Sequence record: SRR33789315_19
Strand: one strand, 5' to 3'
Length of the DNA stretch: 35,995 nucleotides
Shown here: positions 8,578 through 18,555 of the stretch, in pieces
Layout: every line of letters starts with the position of its first letter
How positions within the stretch are numbered: position 1 is the first letter of the stretch
Position numbers and translations under genes: made by a program
The notes under the pieces: model-generated
Seen by the model: the letters and a program-made list of their open reading frames with translations, nothing else
What the model was told of the DNA's origin: nothing
Databases searched by the model: none

Positions 8578-9906
8578 TTGATGAATTTTAACGCAGCGTA
8601 TTTTTCTCAGCAGTTTACCGACATGTTGCTACGCATCGAGCATGCAGCAAGTAATCCCTTTAATTATTTTCAAGTCTTTGCGATTTTGCTGATTTATTTA
8701 TTTGCTTATCTGTTAGCGCGCAAAGTTCGCAATACTATCGGCTTGACCAATAGTGAACCAGAAGAGCATGCCCATCCTGTACAGAAGCTTATTTATCGCA
8801 TCGGGGGGGTATTTTATCCTTTACTGGCAATCATTTTTCTGAGAATTTCTACTGAGATAAGTGAGCATGTTCAATATACCGCTTGGATCATAAATACCGC
8901 CTATGTGATTGCTGTGGTGTTGTTTTGTTATTCCTGTATTACCGCATTTGTGACTAATTCTTTTATGGCAACCCTATTTAAATGGTTGGGACTGCCCACT
9001 GTGGTGTTGCATTTAATTGGTCACTTAACCGAAGTTATTCAATTCCTCGAGGAAATTTCTATTAATGTTGGCAATGTGGGGATATCAGCTTACGGTTTGG
9101 TGAGAGTGTTGATATTCGGTGCATTGCTATTTTGGTTGGGACGGGTATCTAATAATTTTGGCAAAGAGATTATTCGTAAACAAGAGTCTATTGATATTCG
9201 CACACGGGAAGTGTTTTCTAAGCTTTTTGAAGTAGGACTATTCTGCGTTATTGCGCTCTTACTGCTCAATGTGATGGGGATTAATCTTACTGCGTTAGCG
9301 GTATTCGGCGGAGCCGTGGGGGTAGGGTTAGGTCTTGGTTTGCAGTCAATAGCCTCGAACTTTATATCGGGTATTATTATTTTACTCGACCGCTCGCTGA
9401 CGGTAGGAGACTTTGTTGAACTAGATGATGGTAGCAAAGGTTTTGTACGTGAGTTTCGTATGCGTTATGCCGTACTGGAAACCTTTGATGGAAAAGATAT
9501 CGTTGTACCCAATGAAAAGTTTATTTCATCATTGTTTATTAATTGGACTCATAAAGATCCTAAGCAGCGTTTCAGAGTCGATTTCTCCGTGCCTTATGCG
9601 ACTGATGTGCGCAGCATGATTGAATTTATCAAAGTGGCTGTGGCGCAACATCCACAAGTCATTTCTGGGGAAGATGTACCTTTGGAGGAGCGCCCAGACT
9701 GTGAAATCGATAGTTTTGGTGATTCTGGTATCAACATGTTTGTTGAGTTTTGGATCTCGGGTGTCGATGATGGTAAAAACCGGGTGGGCGGTGATTTGAT
9801 GCTAATTATTCTTGAAACCTTAAAAGAGCATGGCATTGAAATCCCCTTTCCTCAACGAGAAGTCACTATTCTCAATCCTCAACCTCGCAAGGAGCCCCTT
9901 GCTTAA
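8578..9906 (+). CDS. Mechanosensitive channel, MscS family with extra N-terminal TM helices
   Basis: GGAVGVGLGLGLQSIASNFISGIIIL, VGDFVEL, IVVPN, GIEIPFPQR. Confidence 0.95.
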   Translation: MMNFNAAYFSQQFTDMLLRIEHAASNPFNYFQVFAILLIYLFAYLLARKVRNTIGLTNSEPEEHAHPVQKLIYRIGGVFYPLLAIIFLRISTEISEHVQYTAWIINTAYVIAVVLFCYSCITAFVTNSFMATLFKWLGLPTVVLHLIGHLTEVIQFLEEISINVGNVGISAYGLVRVLIFGALLFWLGRVSNNFGKEIIRKQESIDIRTREVFSKLFEVGLFCVIALLLLNVMGINLTALAVFGGAVGVGLGLGLQSIASNFISGIIILLDRSLTVGDFVELDDGSKGFVREFRMRYAVLETFDGKDIVVPNEKFISSLFINWTHKDPKQRFRVDFSVPYATDVRSMIEFIKVAVAQHPQVISGEDVPLEERPDCEIDSFGDSGINMFVEFWISGVDDGKNRVGGDLMLIILETLKEHGIEIPFPQREVTILNPQPRKEPLA

Positions 9907-9907
9907 A

Positions 9908-11167
9908 TTAATGAATCATTTCATTGGGTCTATCACTAACTCGTTGATAAGCTCGTAATTTGAATACTGGTAACATGGCTAAAAGATGATCAAAGATATC
10001 AGCTTGCAAGGCTTCATAATTTACCCAGTTTTTATCTGCACTAAAACAGTATATTTCTAATGGCAAACCAATTTCTGTAGGAGGTAACTGCCTGACCATT
10101 AATGTCATTTGTTGGTTTATTTTTCCATGGTTAGCTAAATATGCCTGCATGTAAGCCCGGAGTGTGCCGATATTGGTTAGTCGACGACTATTAACTAGGT
10201 CTTGAGTATCGATTTTTTGTTCAGTATGAAAAGCCTGCAATTCGTCCTTTTTATTTTGCAAATAGCTCTTAATAAAACGGATTGTAGCAAATTGTTTAAC
10301 CATGTCTTCATCACAAAATTGAATACTCTGAATATCAATGAAGATAGCGCGTTTAATCCTTCTGCCACCTGATTCACTCATCCCACGCCAGTTTTTAACA
10401 GGTTCAGCAATCAGCGCATAGGTCGGTATGGTGGTGATGGTTTTATCCCAGTTTTGCACTTTCACCGTGGTTAAGCCAACTTGCAATACATCCCCATCTG
10501 CACCAAATTTAGGCATAGAGATCCAGTCTCCGGTGTTCACCATGCGGTTGGCAGCAATCTGTATTCCCGCGACAAAACCTAAAATTGTGTCCTTAAACAA
10601 CAATAATAAGATCGCTGTTACTGCACCTAATCCAGATAGAAGTAACAAGGGGGATTTGTCGAGTAGGTTGGATATAACCAACAACAGGGCGATGATCACC
10701 ATGAACAATTTTGCCACTTGAATGAAGCCAGTAATGGGCGCTTTTTTGGCTAAATTGGAGGCATTGTAGCTGTCTTCAATGGTATTTAATAAGGCACTGC
10801 TTGTTCGAACTATAGCGATGATGGCATAGATCACTGCAGTTTTTTGCAGAAAACCTAACAAAGCGGTGTGATCCACAATAAAGAGGGGACACAGCACATA
10901 AATAACAATAGCCGGAATTAAGTGACTAGCACGACGAAAAAAACCGTGTTTGTGCAGTTCATCATCAAATACATTTTTTGTTCGCAAAACCAATTGAGTG
11001 AAATTGCCTCGCAATACCATTCGAGCTAGTTTGAAGCCCATCCAAGCAATGGTTAAAATAACTATTAGAGCGCTAATCTGAAATAACCAGCTCTGTGTGG
11101 TAATTGTGAAGCCAAAGTGAGCAAAACTATCGATCACGGTTTGGCTAATAATATTGTTGTTTGTCAC
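9908..11167 (-). CDS. ybdG: Miniconductance mechanosensitive channel, YbdG-like
   Basis: FKDTILGFVAGIQ, GDWISMPKFGADGDV, KVQNWDKTITTIPTY, NWRGMSESGGRRIKR. Confidence 0.9.
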   Translation of the reverse strand: MTNNNIISQTVIDSFAHFGFTITTQSWLFQISALIVILTIAWMGFKLARMVLRGNFTQLVLRTKNVFDDELHKHGFFRRASHLIPAIVIYVLCPLFIVDHTALLGFLQKTAVIYAIIAIVRTSSALLNTIEDSYNASNLAKKAPITGFIQVAKLFMVIIALLLVISNLLDKSPLLLLSGLGAVTAILLLLFKDTILGFVAGIQIAANRMVNTGDWISMPKFGADGDVLQVGLTTVKVQNWDKTITTIPTYALIAEPVKNWRGMSESGGRRIKRAIFIDIQSIQFCDEDMVKQFATIRFIKSYLQNKKDELQAFHTEQKIDTQDLVNSRRLTNIGTLRAYMQAYLANHGKINQQMTLMVRQLPPTEIGLPLEIYCFSADKNWVNYEALQADIFDHLLAMLPVFKLRAYQRVSDRPNEMIH

Positions 11168-12072
11168 TTGTTATCGCTTTCCAGTATACAAATTTGTTGA
11201 TCTTTTTCTTGCCAGTGTTGGTTCAACCAGGCTTGAAAACTTAATTTAAATGCTTCGTTGTTAAAGTAATCGCCAATAATGGCTTCATCAATGTCTTTAA
11301 CCTTAACCCGCAACACGACCTTCTTAAGCCTACCACTTAACATTGCAATTAAGGCACTACCTGAATTATTTGGATACAAAATGGTCACATCGAGCACGCT
11401 GGTAAACAGTTCTCCCATGGCCGCAAGAGTAAAGGCAATACCTCCCGCTTTAGGTGGCAATAGTCGCTGAAAAGCACTGTTGCGCGTTCGATGTTTTTCA
11501 GCGGTAAAGCGACTTCCTTCTACAAAATTAATTACCGTAGTTGGACGTTGTTTAAACTTCTCACAAGATTGTTTTGTCGTTTCTATATCCTTACCTTTTA
11601 AATGAGGGTGCTTTGCTAGAAAACTACTATTGTAACGTTGCATAAAAGGCATATCTAAGGCCCACGCCCCTAAGCCAACAAAAGGCAACCATATGAGCTC
11701 TTTTTTTAAAAAAAACTTAGGTGCAGGGATCCGCTTAGCGGAAAATTCGGTCAGTATAACAATATCTAACCAGCTGAGATGATTCGGTAACATTAAGTAC
11801 CAAGCATCCTTGCTTAAACTTCCCTCAATAACATAATCAAATTCTACTCGATTAGTCATTTTAATTAGCCAAACACTGACTTTACCAAAGGAAACTAACA
11901 TAAAATTGAGTATGTGATTTAGCGGTTTAATCAGGATGGAGATTGGCACCAAAAATTTTATGATGCCTAACATAATAATAAGAGTCGCCCAAAACCCAAT
12001 ATTGAGGGTTTGTAATGTTAGATGCAGTGGAAAAAGAATTAACGGCAGCAAAAAACGTAGCATGCTACTCAA
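11164..12072 (-). CDS. YihG-type lysophosphatidic acid acyltransferase (paralog 2)
   Basis: NHLSWLD (HX4D), KFFLKKELIW, NFVEGSRF, PKAGG. Confidence 0.9.
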   Translation of the reverse strand: MSSMLRFLLPLILFPLHLTLQTLNIGFWATLIIMLGIIKFLVPISILIKPLNHILNFMLVSFGKVSVWLIKMTNRVEFDYVIEGSLSKDAWYLMLPNHLSWLDIVILTEFSAKRIPAPKFFLKKELIWLPFVGLGAWALDMPFMQRYNSSFLAKHPHLKGKDIETTKQSCEKFKQRPTTVINFVEGSRFTAEKHRTRNSAFQRLLPPKAGGIAFTLAAMGELFTSVLDVTILYPNNSGSALIAMLSGRLKKVVLRVKVKDIDEAIIGDYFNNEAFKLSFQAWLNQHWQEKDQQICILESDNK

Positions 12073-12967
12073 GGCTCATGGTTAATTTTTTAAGATCCTG
12101 ATCTTTTTGGTGCCATAGCTTGGTTAACCAAAGCTGAAATCTTTCTCTTTGTTCTGGATTGTCAAAATAATTCATGGCAAATGATTCACTTTTGAGCAGA
12201 TCTTCAATGGCTAAAATTCTTATTTGGACATTGATTTTGTTTACTTTTCCGCAGACAAAATCCCAGAAGCTGGGGATGCCTTCTGGATAATGTATGGTGA
12301 CATCAAGCAGCTTGTGTAGTTTGTCACCCATGGTACTTAAAACAAACGCCATACCTCCCGCTTTCGGGAGTAAAAGATTGTCAAAAGGTGACTGTTGATT
12401 TTGACTTTTTTCTTTAGTCCAACGTGTGCCTTCAACAAAATTCATAATGCTTACCGGTTTAAAGCGAAATTTTTCACAAGCCTTGCGAGTAGCTTCTAAA
12501 TCTTTACCACGTAATTCAGGGTGTTTGGCGATAAAAGCTTTGCTGTAGCGACGCATAAACGGAAAATCTAGCGCCCACCAAGCTAAACCTAAGAAAGGTA
12601 CCCAAATTAATTCTTTTTTTAGAAAAAATTTAAGAAATGGTATTTTACGATTGAATACACGTTGCAGTACTAATATATCAACCCATGATTGATGATTCGA
12701 TATCAGTAAATACCAGTCTTTGTTACTAAGATCTTTATCACCCGTAACTTTGAAGTGCGTATTGGCTACCAAACGTTGATTATATTTATTGACCCCAATC
12801 CAAGCTGTTGCACAACCATCAAGTAAATATGAAATGGCCGTTTGCCATTGTTTTATAGGCAGTAACTTTAAAAATGATAGAAACAAAATGGGGATGACCC
12901 AAAAAACAGTATTGAAAAAATATCCAACAATCGACAAAACACCGATAAATATACGCATAACAGCCAA
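12065..12967 (-). CDS. yihG: YihG-type lysophosphatidic acid acyltransferase (paralog 1)
   Basis: NHQSWVD, KFFLKKELIWVPFLGLAWWALDFPFMRR, NFVEGTR, PKAGG. Confidence 0.9.
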   Translation of the reverse strand: MAVMRIFIGVLSIVGYFFNTVFWVIPILFLSFLKLLPIKQWQTAISYLLDGCATAWIGVNKYNQRLVANTHFKVTGDKDLSNKDWYLLISNHQSWVDILVLQRVFNRKIPFLKFFLKKELIWVPFLGLAWWALDFPFMRRYSKAFIAKHPELRGKDLEATRKACEKFRFKPVSIMNFVEGTRWTKEKSQNQQSPFDNLLLPKAGGMAFVLSTMGDKLHKLLDVTIHYPEGIPSFWDFVCGKVNKINVQIRILAIEDLLKSESFAMNYFDNPEQRERFQLWLTKLWHQKDQDLKKLTMSLE

Positions 12968-13344
12968 AAAAAACCTATTTTCGTCAATAATGCGCCTAAG
13001 TCTAAACTAAAAGTAGGGTAAAGCTGTAGCACAAGTTAATGGGATTAGTATTCATAGTAGAGAGCAGTTGATTGGTATTACCTATGTTCTTTTGGGGAAA
13101 TACTTCTTTACAAGAATCGTTTATCTTTAAGAATTGTAACTCTAGTAGATAGCAATAGAACCTGTACTTAGGTTTGGTTCACTTGAATTAGCTCAGCCAA
13201 TTGTCTTATCACGGTAAGTCATCTTTCCGCCATGGGCCAACTTGACCTTCGGTGCACTTACGCAGATTGCTGCTTTATCTGTAACCGATAATGTTGCATT
13301 ATTCTGAATCAAAAAATTTAATTCACTTAATAGAGGGAATTGTA

Positions 13345-16227
13345 ATGATGAAAAAACAAGTACTTATTAGTACCAGCTTAGTGGCATTACTTGCACTCTG
13401 CGGCTGTCATCCAAACAAGGATCAGGAAAATGCGTCTTCTAAAAGTTCCATTGTATTGCCTGAGGGGTTCAAGAAAATAAGTTCAGTTGAAAAAGTAGGA
13501 GATGAAATTGTCATCCCTTTCAATAAATACGAGTTAGACAATGGTCTAACTGTCATCATTCATCCAGATAACTCAGACCCCTTAGTCCATGTTGATATTA
13601 CCTATCATGTTGGTTCTGGTCGTGAAGAGCTTGGGAAATCTGGTTTTGCTCATTTTTTTGAACATATGATGTTCCAAGGCTCAGAAAATGTTGCTGACGA
13701 ACAACATTTTGCCTTAATCACTGAGTCTGGTGGAACCCTGAATGGTTCAACTAATACTGACCGCACAAACTATTATGAAACTGTACCGTCAAACCAACTT
13801 GAGCGTATGCTTTGGTTAGAAGCAGATCGTATGGGGTTTTTCCTTGATGCAGTCACGGAAGAAAAGTTTGAAAATCAACGTGAAACGGTTAAAAACGAAC
13901 GTGGCCAAAACTATGACAACCGTCCTTACGGATTGTTGAGAGAGCGAGTTAATGAAGCCATGTTTCCTGAAGGTCACCCATACTCTTGGTTAACCATTGG
14001 GTATATTGAAGATTTAAATCGTGCTGATCTCAATGACCTTAAAAAGTTTTTCTTGCGCTGGTATGGCCCAAATAACGCGACCTTAACGATTGGGGGCGAT
14101 CTTGACGAGCAACAAACCTTGGCGTGGGTAAAAAAATATTTTGGAGGTATTCCGCGTGGGCCAGAGGTTGCGGACCCCGTTTATACTGATGTTGTTTTAC
14201 CAGAAGATCGCTATATCTCAATGGAAGATAACGTGTCGCTGCCCTTGATGTATATATCGTATCCTACGGTGCATGCTAATCATCCCGATGAAGCACCTTT
14301 AGATGTGTTGATGTCTATTTTAGGTAGCGGGAAAACATCATTGCTATACAAAAATATGGTTAAGAATGGTAAGGCAGTGCAAGCACAAGCTGGGCACGGT
14401 TGTAGTGAACTAAGCTGTCAATTTAGTTTGTTAGCCTTACCCACTCCAGGTACGTCATTAGCAGAACTAGAAACCATTGCTCGCGCTTCTCTTGATGAGT
14501 TTGAAAGTCGCGGTGGTGCAAATGATGATGACATTGAGCGGGTTAAAGCCGGTATTGTATCAGGTATGATTTATGGCTTAGAAAGTGTCAGTGGCAAGGT
14601 AAGTCAACTTGCAGCATATCAAACCTACCGCAATGACCCATCTGCCATTGGTGACGATATCGCCCGCTATGAAAATGTAAGCAAAGAAGACGTGATGCGT
14701 GTATACAAAAAATACATTAAAGATAAACATGCTGTGATCATGAGTATCGTACCTAATGGCCAAGCCGACAAAATCATCAAGCCAGATACTTGGCAACGCT
14801 ATCAACGTACGTTTTCAACTAGTCACGATGAGAGTGAATTGGCTCTGCGCCCTGGTTCCTCTGATTTTGACCGTTCAGTGATACCTTCTTCAGGTGAAAA
14901 CCCGACTATCAAAGTGCCGGATATTTATCACGCTAAAACTGAAAATGGTATTCAAATTCTAGGTGCAGTGAATGATGAAGTACCCACTACAACTATACGT
15001 TTGCGCATACCAGCGGGTCAGACCCGTGTGGATATTATGCAACTTGGTTTAGCATCGCTTACAGCGTCAATGATGGATGAAGCAACACTAAAATCCACCA
15101 GTGAAGATCTATCTAATCGTTTACAGAAATTAGGTTCGTCGGTTAATTTCGATGCGGGTGATCAGTACACCACATTGAATATACGTACCTTAACCAAGAA
15201 TTTAGATGAAACCATGGCAATTGCGTTGGAACAGTTGACTCAACCTAAGTTCGATGAAGCAGACTTTAAGCGTTTGCAAAAACAACAAATTGAAGGTTTA
15301 AAAAACGCGAAAAAGAACGCCAGTACAACTGCAACCGAGGTGTTCAACAAACTCGCCTTTGGCTTTGACAATAGCTTTGCCTATGCTGACAACGGCACCA
15401 TCGACACTGTTGCTCAGCTTAAATTAGACGACGTTAAAGCCTTTTATCAGACCCACTATGGCCCCGCTAATGCTGAGCTAATTGTTGTGAGTGATTTAGC
15501 TGCGGCAGATATCAAACAAAAACTGAGCCCCTTAAGTGCTTGGCAGGGTAAATCAAGTCCTATGCCCGACATTAAGGCCTTTCCTGAGTTAGCGGCCGGC
15601 ACCTTGTACTTTATTGATAAACCTGATGCCGCGCAGTCAGAAATCAGAATAGGTAAACGGGCGATGAATTATGATGCAACTGGTGAATATTATCGTGCTG
15701 ATTTAATGAATTATAATTTGGGCGGCGCCTTTAATAGTCGTATAAATCTCAATTTACGTGAAGACAAAGGTTATACCTATGGTGCCAGATCGTTCTTTTA
15801 TGGTAATGACATACGTGGCGCTTATCGAGCGCAAGCGGGCGTCCGTGCCGATACCACTGCTGATTCTATAGTCCAGTTTCGCAATGAAATCACCGACTTT
15901 AATCTGCACGGTATGACTGATGCTGAACTGCAGTTTATGAAAAGCGCTATCGGTCAGCGAGATGCTCGAGCTTACGAAACCCCGGGACAAAAGTTAGGTT
16001 TTCTGTCAGAAATTATGACCTATAAATTGGATAAACGCTTTGTTGATGAACAAAATGCGATTTTATCTGAAGTGACTAAAGATGAATTAAATATTTTAGC
16101 TAAAAAACATCTTAATTTGAATGAAATGATAACCGTTGTTGTGGGAGATAAAGGGAAAATTTATCAAAGCCTCGTTCCTCTATTTGACAATATTGTCGAA
16201 CTTGATGCTGACGGTAATCCCTTATAA
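13345..16227 (+). CDS. M16 (inverzincin) zinc peptidase lipoprotein, single-chain four-domain form
   Basis: Lipobox LCGC, HFFEH, NGSTNTDRTNYYE, LREDKGYTYG. The second M16 module lacks HxxEH. Start is probably 13345 after GAGGG. Confidence 0.93.
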   Translation: MMKKQVLISTSLVALLALCGCHPNKDQENASSKSSIVLPEGFKKISSVEKVGDEIVIPFNKYELDNGLTVIIHPDNSDPLVHVDITYHVGSGREELGKSGFAHFFEHMMFQGSENVADEQHFALITESGGTLNGSTNTDRTNYYETVPSNQLERMLWLEADRMGFFLDAVTEEKFENQRETVKNERGQNYDNRPYGLLRERVNEAMFPEGHPYSWLTIGYIEDLNRADLNDLKKFFLRWYGPNNATLTIGGDLDEQQTLAWVKKYFGGIPRGPEVADPVYTDVVLPEDRYISMEDNVSLPLMYISYPTVHANHPDEAPLDVLMSILGSGKTSLLYKNMVKNGKAVQAQAGHGCSELSCQFSLLALPTPGTSLAELETIARASLDEFESRGGANDDDIERVKAGIVSGMIYGLESVSGKVSQLAAYQTYRNDPSAIGDDIARYENVSKEDVMRVYKKYIKDKHAVIMSIVPNGQADKIIKPDTWQRYQRTFSTSHDESELALRPGSSDFDRSVIPSSGENPTIKVPDIYHAKTENGIQILGAVNDEVPTTTIRLRIPAGQTRVDIMQLGLASLTASMMDEATLKSTSEDLSNRLQKLGSSVNFDAGDQYTTLNIRTLTKNLDETMAIALEQLTQPKFDEADFKRLQKQQIEGLKNAKKNASTTATEVFNKLAFGFDNSFAYADNGTIDTVAQLKLDDVKAFYQTHYGPANAELIVVSDLAAADIKQKLSPLSAWQGKSSPMPDIKAFPELAAGTLYFIDKPDAAQSEIRIGKRAMNYDATGEYYRADLMNYNLGGAFNSRINLNLREDKGYTYGARSFFYGNDIRGAYRAQAGVRADTTADSIVQFRNEITDFNLHGMTDAELQFMKSAIGQRDARAYETPGQKLGFLSEIMTYKLDKRFVDEQNAILSEVTKDELNILAKKHLNLNEMITVVVGDKGKIYQSLVPLFDNIVELDADGNPL

Positions 16228-16244
16228 GTATCGTATTTAGCTTG

Positions 16245-16282
16245 AAAAGCCATCTATCAGCTAACTGAGGATGGCTTTTTTT
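16245..16282 (+). terminator. Rho-independent terminator
   Basis: AAAAGCCATC...GATGGC followed by T7. Confidence 0.85.
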
Positions 16283-16358
16283 ATGGAACAAATTAGTTGG
16301 TCGCTAAGGTTATGTAAGCTAAAATGCGCGCCCTTTAAATAACCGATGGGCTATTCCT

Positions 16359-17363
16359 GTGACACAAATAATTAACCGCACTATCTCAGTCGCGCCAATG
16401 CTTGATTGGACTGATAAACATTGCCGTTATTTTTTGCGTCAAATTTCACAACATACCTTGTTATATACAGAAATGGTGACCACTGGTGCGATTATTTTTG
16501 GCAAAGGAGACTATCTTGGCTTCAATAACGAAGAGCATCCTGTTGCGTTGCAGTTAGGTGGCTCTGATCCTTCAGATATGACCCAATGTGCAGTATTGGC
16601 TCAAGAGCGTGGCTATGATGAAGTTAATATCAACGTTGGCTGTCCTTCCGACCGTGTGCAAAATGGTCGTTTTGGTGCCTGTTTAATGGCTGAACCTCAA
16701 ACCGTGGCTAACTGTATTAAGGCCATGCAGGTTGCAGTCGATATTCCGGTCACCGTGAAAAGCCGTATTGGTATCGATGACATGGATGAATACGACGATC
16801 TCACTCGTTTCATTGAAACCGTTGCTGCAGGTGGTTGCGATACTTTTATCGTGCATGCGCGTAAGGCATGGCTTAAAGGCCTGAGTCCGAAAGAAAATCG
16901 CGATATTCCCCCCTTACTTTACGATCGCGTTTACCAACTAAAAGAGCAATTTCCGCAATTACACATTAGTTTAAATGGCGGAGTTAAAACCTTAGATGAT
17001 GCTGCATTACACCTACAGTTTTTGGACGGTGTAATGATAGGCCGCGAGGTGTACAGTAATCCTTATATATTGGCTGAAGTTGATAAACGTTTTTACACAG
17101 ATGTGCATCCAGTTAAGAGTCGAGTAGAAGTCGTTATGGCTATGCTGCCTTACATCGAACAGCAATTAGAACAAGGTGCACGAGTATGGAATATTGCTCG
17201 TCATATGTTGGGGGTATTTCAAGGTCAGCCCGGTGGTCGAGTATGGCGTCGCTATTTAAGCCAGCAGGGGACCAAACCTGGAATTGGTGGAGAATTGCTT
17301 ACAGATGCGTTAGAGCTGTTACAAGAAACACAACACAAAGCAGCCACTTTTTTGAAATACTAA
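16359..17363 (+). CDS. dusA: tRNA-dihydrouridine(20/20a) synthase
   Basis: [51 protein letters not shown]. Confidence 0.97.
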   Translation: MTQIINRTISVAPMLDWTDKHCRYFLRQISQHTLLYTEMVTTGAIIFGKGDYLGFNNEEHPVALQLGGSDPSDMTQCAVLAQERGYDEVNINVGCPSDRVQNGRFGACLMAEPQTVANCIKAMQVAVDIPVTVKSRIGIDDMDEYDDLTRFIETVAAGGCDTFIVHARKAWLKGLSPKENRDIPPLLYDRVYQLKEQFPQLHISLNGGVKTLDDAALHLQFLDGVMIGREVYSNPYILAEVDKRFYTDVHPVKSRVEVVMAMLPYIEQQLEQGARVWNIARHMLGVFQGQPGGRVWRRYLSQQGTKPGIGGELLTDALELLQETQHKAATFLKY

Positions 17364-17368
17364 GGTCT

Positions 17369-17404
17369 TAGTTAAATTGACTAAATACTTAGTCAATTTA
17401 ACCA
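17369..17404. promoter_or_regulatory. Tandem PspF-like UAS palindromes
   Basis: TAGTTAAATTGACTA (17369-17383) and TAGTCAATTTAACCA (17390-17404), offset by 21 bp. Confidence 0.75.
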
Positions 17405-17497
17405 AAATATTAAATTACATTTCTCCTAATTTCTTCTGTAAAACACCTAATATCTAAAAATCTTATTAAAAACAAAGACATAATTTTTTTTACTGGT

Positions 17498-17514
17498 TTG
17501 GCACAACTATCGCA
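17498..17514 (+). promoter_or_regulatory. Sigma54 -24/-12 promoter
   Basis: TTGGCACAACTATCGCA. Confidence 0.8.
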
Positions 17515-17592
17515 ATAGTGTTTGCGACTTAAGCATTAACGATAAAAAAGGGCTTAAGTGTTTAACAAACTAACTCACACAAGGAAATTATT

Positions 17593-17868
17593 ATGTTTAC
17601 CAAATCTAAAATTGTTGTTGCAGCCTTAACCACTAGCTTAGTATTTGCCAGTGGCGTCCAAGCGAAAGAAGTCAGTGTTGAAGAAATTGTTGGTTCGCTA
17701 GTGTCACAAGCAATGGTACTTGCTCAGCAAGAAGTCCAAAACAAGGTACAAGAATCGATATTGACCGCGACCAACTCATTAAGCTTTAACGAAGAAAAAT
17801 CGTACGTAGCTAAGGTCACTATTACCGATATTAACGTTGTAGAGGCAGATAAAAATAAAACTGAATAA
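17593..17868 (+). CDS. Small secreted protein, unknown function
   Basis: 91 aa, AAGGA RBS, Sec signal peptide (VQA/KE), amphipathic helical core. Confidence 0.85.
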   Translation: MFTKSKIVVAALTTSLVFASGVQAKEVSVEEIVGSLVSQAMVLAQQEVQNKVQESILTATNSLSFNEEKSYVAKVTITDINVVEADKNKTE

Positions 17869-17875
17869 GGAGTTC

Positions 17876-18031
17876 ATGATGATTAGCCATGTCTCTTTAT
17901 TATATATATCCCTTGCTCCAGTGCTTGCTTACGTTGTTGGAGCAGTGATCTTCAGTTTAATCCCTCTGCTTTCAAGGATTCAGGGTGATTCAAGGCAAAC
18001 TGCTGTTGGAAACTATAGAAACAGTCTCTAA
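17876..18031 (+). CDS. Unannotated small single-TM protein (50-51 aa)
   Basis: TAAGGAG RBS overlapping the upstream stop. MMISHVSLLYISLAPVLAYVVGAVIFSLIPLLSRIQGDSRQTAVGNYRNSL*. The start may be the second ATG (17879). Confidence 0.65.
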   Translation: MMISHVSLLYISLAPVLAYVVGAVIFSLIPLLSRIQGDSRQTAVGNYRNSL

Positions 18032-18435
18032 ATGTTGTATTGACTGTTTCGATTTATTCACTTCAACAAGACCTTTTATACCTTAAGCCTTCAATTCATT
18101 TAACTATCTTGCCCTTGCCTCCTGTACTTTAACCGCTTTATTTAATGGGATTGGTATAAAAATATCCTTAATGTAAAAAACGGCGTTTTTAATCCTCACT
18201 GATTTCATCATTCCTCTATCAAGTTATTTAGTTTTATCGTTAACCTCTCACTAGCGCTATTTTTACGCACGGAAAACCGCCTTGCTATCCACAAAAATGT
18301 CACCAGTGGGCCAAGATCACGCTCTATGGGCTTAGGGAAATGATTCTATCTATTTGAGATTAATAGTTTTATTTAAATACTTTGACAACCATAAGCTGAG
18401 TTCAGCTTAGTTAACATTCCAACACTGTTAATTAT

Positions 18436-18471
18436 TGGTCAAATTAACCAAATTGATAGTTTAAATGACTA
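18436..18471. promoter_or_regulatory. Tandem PspF UAS upstream of pspA
   Basis: TGGTCAAATTAACCA (18436-18450) and TAGTTTAAATGACTA (18457-18471). IHF-like AAACAATGAGTTA at 18528-18540. Confidence 0.8.
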
Positions 18472-18555
18472 TTTAATCAAAATGGCAACGAAGGCGAGTA
18501 CTTTTTGCTTGCTATAAACTCTTTTGTAAACAATGAGTTATTCGGATTTTTTTGA

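Noticed and set aside
13011-13340. Intergenic region before the M16 peptidase as a possible leader RNA
   Set aside because: Only short incidental inverted repeats, and no known motif recognised.
16359-17363. dusA as a genomic-island integration hotspot
   Set aside because: dusA is intact, with no integrase, duplicated dusA fragment or evident compositional shift nearby. The site looks empty.
18104-18211. Minus-strand 35-codon ORF (MMKSVRIK...) and scattered GGA motifs (CsrB-like?)
   Set aside because: RBS spacing is poor and there is no recognisable motif. The GGA motifs are too few and not in repeated hairpins.
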